From NCBI GenBank assembly GCA_947303785.1, contig CAMYZH010000005.1, positions 1-50,050 on the forward strand: a DNA stretch of 50,050 nt, given 5' to 3'. This document shows, one piece after another, positions 48,129-50,050 of the stretch. This DNA is from an uncultured Clostridium sp. Its GTDB lineage: Bacteria; Bacillota; Clostridia; TANB77; CAG-508. A model generated the notes under the pieces. It was not told where the DNA came from and did no database searches. It saw only the letters and a program-made list of their open reading frames with translations. The translations under genes and the position numbers were made by a program. Positions within the stretch are counted from its first letter, which is position 1. Each line of letters opens with the position of its first letter.

Positions 48129-48157
48129 TTGACAAAACAAAAAAATCAAAGTATAAT
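48129..48157 (+). promoter_or_regulatory. Consensus sigma-A promoter
   Basis: TTGACA-17bp-TATAAT exact. Confidence 0.8.
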
Positions 48158-48193
48158 ATATTGTGTAACTTTGTTAGAAAGGAGTACTAAAAT

Positions 48194-48370
48194 ATGTTAG
48201 CTAAATCATGGAAGAAAATTGGTTTACTTATATTAATAATTGCATGTTTAATAAATATCACATCAAAACTAGTTAAAAGAGTTTCTTTTACAGATAACGT
48301 AAAAAGTACTGTTAATAATGTAGTTACAAAAGTAAATGGAGAAGAAGAAAAAGAGAAAAAAGAAAAATAG
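48194..48370 (+). CDS. Small single-TM protein (58 aa)
   Basis: SD AAGGAG; MLAKSWKKIGLLILIIACLINITSKLVK...EKEKKEK. Confidence 0.7.
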   Translation: MLAKSWKKIGLLILIIACLINITSKLVKRVSFTDNVKSTVNNVVTKVNGEEEKEKKEK

Positions 48371-48380
48371 GAAAAACATA

Positions 48381-48409
48381 TTGAAAAAATAATAGAGTTG
48401 TGTTATTAT
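48381..48409 (+). promoter_or_regulatory. sigma-A-like promoter for rpmE
   Basis: TTGAAA-17bp-TATTAT with TGn. Confidence 0.55.
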
Positions 48410-48451
48410 ATTAAAGATATTGTTAAGAAAAGTAAGGAAGAGGTGAATTAC

Positions 48452-48652
48452 ATGAAAGAAGGAATACATCCAAATTATGCAGCTGCTACAATTACTTGTG
48501 CATGTGGAAATGTAATGGAAACAAATTCAACAAAACAAGACATGAAAGTTGATATATGTTCAAAATGTCATCCATTCTGGACAGGAAACTTAAAAAGAGA
48601 AACAACAGGTGGTAGAGCTGATAGATTTAAGAAAAAATATGGATTACAATAA
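48452..48652 (+). CDS. rpmE: 50S ribosomal protein L31 (Zn-binding type)
   Basis: MKEGIHPNY...CACG...[12 protein letters not shown]...[11 protein letters not shown]. Confidence 0.96.
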   Translation: MKEGIHPNYAAATITCACGNVMETNSTKQDMKVDICSKCHPFWTGNLKRETTGGRADRFKKKYGLQ

Positions 48653-48660
48653 AAAAGAGA

Positions 48661-48691
48661 AGAATGCCAAAATAAAAAGCATTCTTTTTTT
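48661..48691. terminator. Terminator after rpmE
   Basis: AGAATGC...GCATTCT followed by T run. Confidence 0.55.
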
Positions 48692-48711
48692 GTACCCTTT
48701 TTTATTATTAA

Positions 48712-48881
48712 TTAAAGCTTAAAAAATAAACCAAAAATCGGAAGTAAAAGTCCGAAGAGTAGATAAAGTAAAAATTATTAATCCGCCGAAATTTATTTTG
48801 ATTTGTTTGATATTCATAAATTCCATAAGAAGAACTTTCTAAAAAACCATATATAGAAAGCAATATTATTATAATTTTCAT
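48712..48881 (-). CDS. Small two-TM membrane protein (~55 aa) with two +1 shifts at CGG (48788-48786, 48754-48752)
   Basis: SD AAGGA; MKIIIILLSIYGFLESSSYGIYEYQTNQNKF-(C)-GGLIIFTLSTL-(C)-GLLLPIFGLFFKL*. Confidence 0.6.
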
Positions 48882-48914
48882 ACAAAATTCCTTTATAAAA
48901 AAATTAACTAAAAT

Positions 48915-50046
48915 TTAGTTTTTTATAAATAATGATCCATAATCAAGATAAGTTTGAGATTCTACATTAAATTCAATTTCTGGATAAAGTTTGTTCCAAT
49001 CATATCTATCTAAATCATCTTGAAATAAAAAGTTTTTCCTAAAGTATCCTTTAAATCCGACAATATCACTATTATAGTCAAGAGAGGTCTTATATAAAAA
49101 ATTAGTAATATTTGTTTTTAAAAATTTATCAATTTCTAATTTTATTAATTTTTGATTATATTCATCTGATAAATCAAAATTGTTGCTAGATGATAAAAGT
49201 TTAGCTTCAATACAGATTTTGCAATCTGCAACTGGTTTCCCGATTTTTTAAATATACCTTTATTTTAGTATTTTGTGATTTAGAAATATTTATAGTCATT
49301 GGAACTTGAGAATATTCAGGATTATAAATTTCAATTGTAGCTCTATCAAAATTATTAGTTAAAATATTATAACAAAGAGTATCAATACCAGATAATCTTC
49401 CAACCATTTTATAATTCTTAAATACAGCAAGACCAAGACTTTCTATTGTATTTTCCTTTATATATGAGTATACTGCAACAGGTTCTTTTACATCATTTGT
49501 TGTATTTGCAAAAAAATCACTTAAATTACAAGGTGTTACATAAGATGTTGTTTTTGCAGAATTAATAAATGAATTATAAAACTTTGCAGAAACATCATCA
49601 ATTTTTGATGCAACTTCTAGAAATTCTTTAGCAGAAGACTGGCAAATTAGGACATTACAAGTTGGCCTGATTTCTATATTGTTACTTATAGTACTAATAA
49701 AACTTTCAAAACCAAGTTTAGCGAGTTCTTCAGATATTACAATTACAGAGCAATGTGAAAGATTTAGTTCATAAGTGTTTTCTAAATTTAACATTGCAAT
49801 TCCTAAATTAAATGAATTACAATTAACACTTTTTATTTCTGATGAGATTTTTGTTCCACCACCATCAGATAAGTCTGGTTTGGCTATTTGCAAGGTAAGA
49901 CAAAGAGGTTCTAGTTCAGAATCTGATTTATCAATTCCGATTGCGATAACATAAGATAGTTCTTCAACACTTCGAACATCATAAGCTGATGAAAACGTTG
50001 ATATTATCAATATTAATAGTGTAATTGCAACTAGTGTTTTTCTCAT
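48915..50046 (-). CDS. Ger(x)C family spore germination protein with +1 shift at CGG (49242-49240); ~376 aa
   Basis: EELSYVIAIGID, NLSHCSVIVISEELAK, GLAVFKNYKMVG; +1 frame gives the GerAC-like C-terminus NGKPV...SDIVGFKGYFRKNF...DWNKLYPEIEFNVE. Confidence 0.85.
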
Positions 50047-50050
50047 TGAC

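Noticed and set aside
421..48469. Many short antisense or overlapping ORFs in the track (e.g. 19175-19750, 25841-26437, 38977-39570, 43658-43957)
   Set aside because: They are shadows of well-supported genes on the opposite strand and have no recognisable motifs.
1..50050. CRISPR array, prophage, integrase or IS transposase
   Set aside because: No regularly spaced repeats and no recognisable mobile-element proteins in the window.

Overview
Very AT-rich chromosomal window from a spore-forming Clostridia-like Firmicute (taxon inferred from gene content). It holds a housekeeping block (rsmE, yicC, remA, rpoZ, gmk, priA, def, fmt, asp23/amaP, nusB, xseAB, fhs, efp, asd), a ~12 kb surface-glycan cluster (24082-35900), the rlmN-prpC-prkC-rpe block, sporulation genes (sleB, spoVM, dacF, Ger(x)C), tRNA-Trp(CCA), tRNA-Ser(CGA), a probable 6S RNA and a REP-like inverted repeat. 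Main result: all eight in-frame CGG codons I found by manual scan, in six genes on both strands (priA twice), sit where the protein-like reading continues in the +1 frame as C+GGN (Gly). I found no in-frame CGG in the ~50 uninterrupted ORFs, although dozens of out-of-frame CGG trinucleotides occur there. This suggests a codon-wide recoding rule in which CGG acts as a +1 frameshift signal, or CGGN as a four-base Gly codon. Systematic sequencing error needs to be excluded with reads, related genomes and proteomics.
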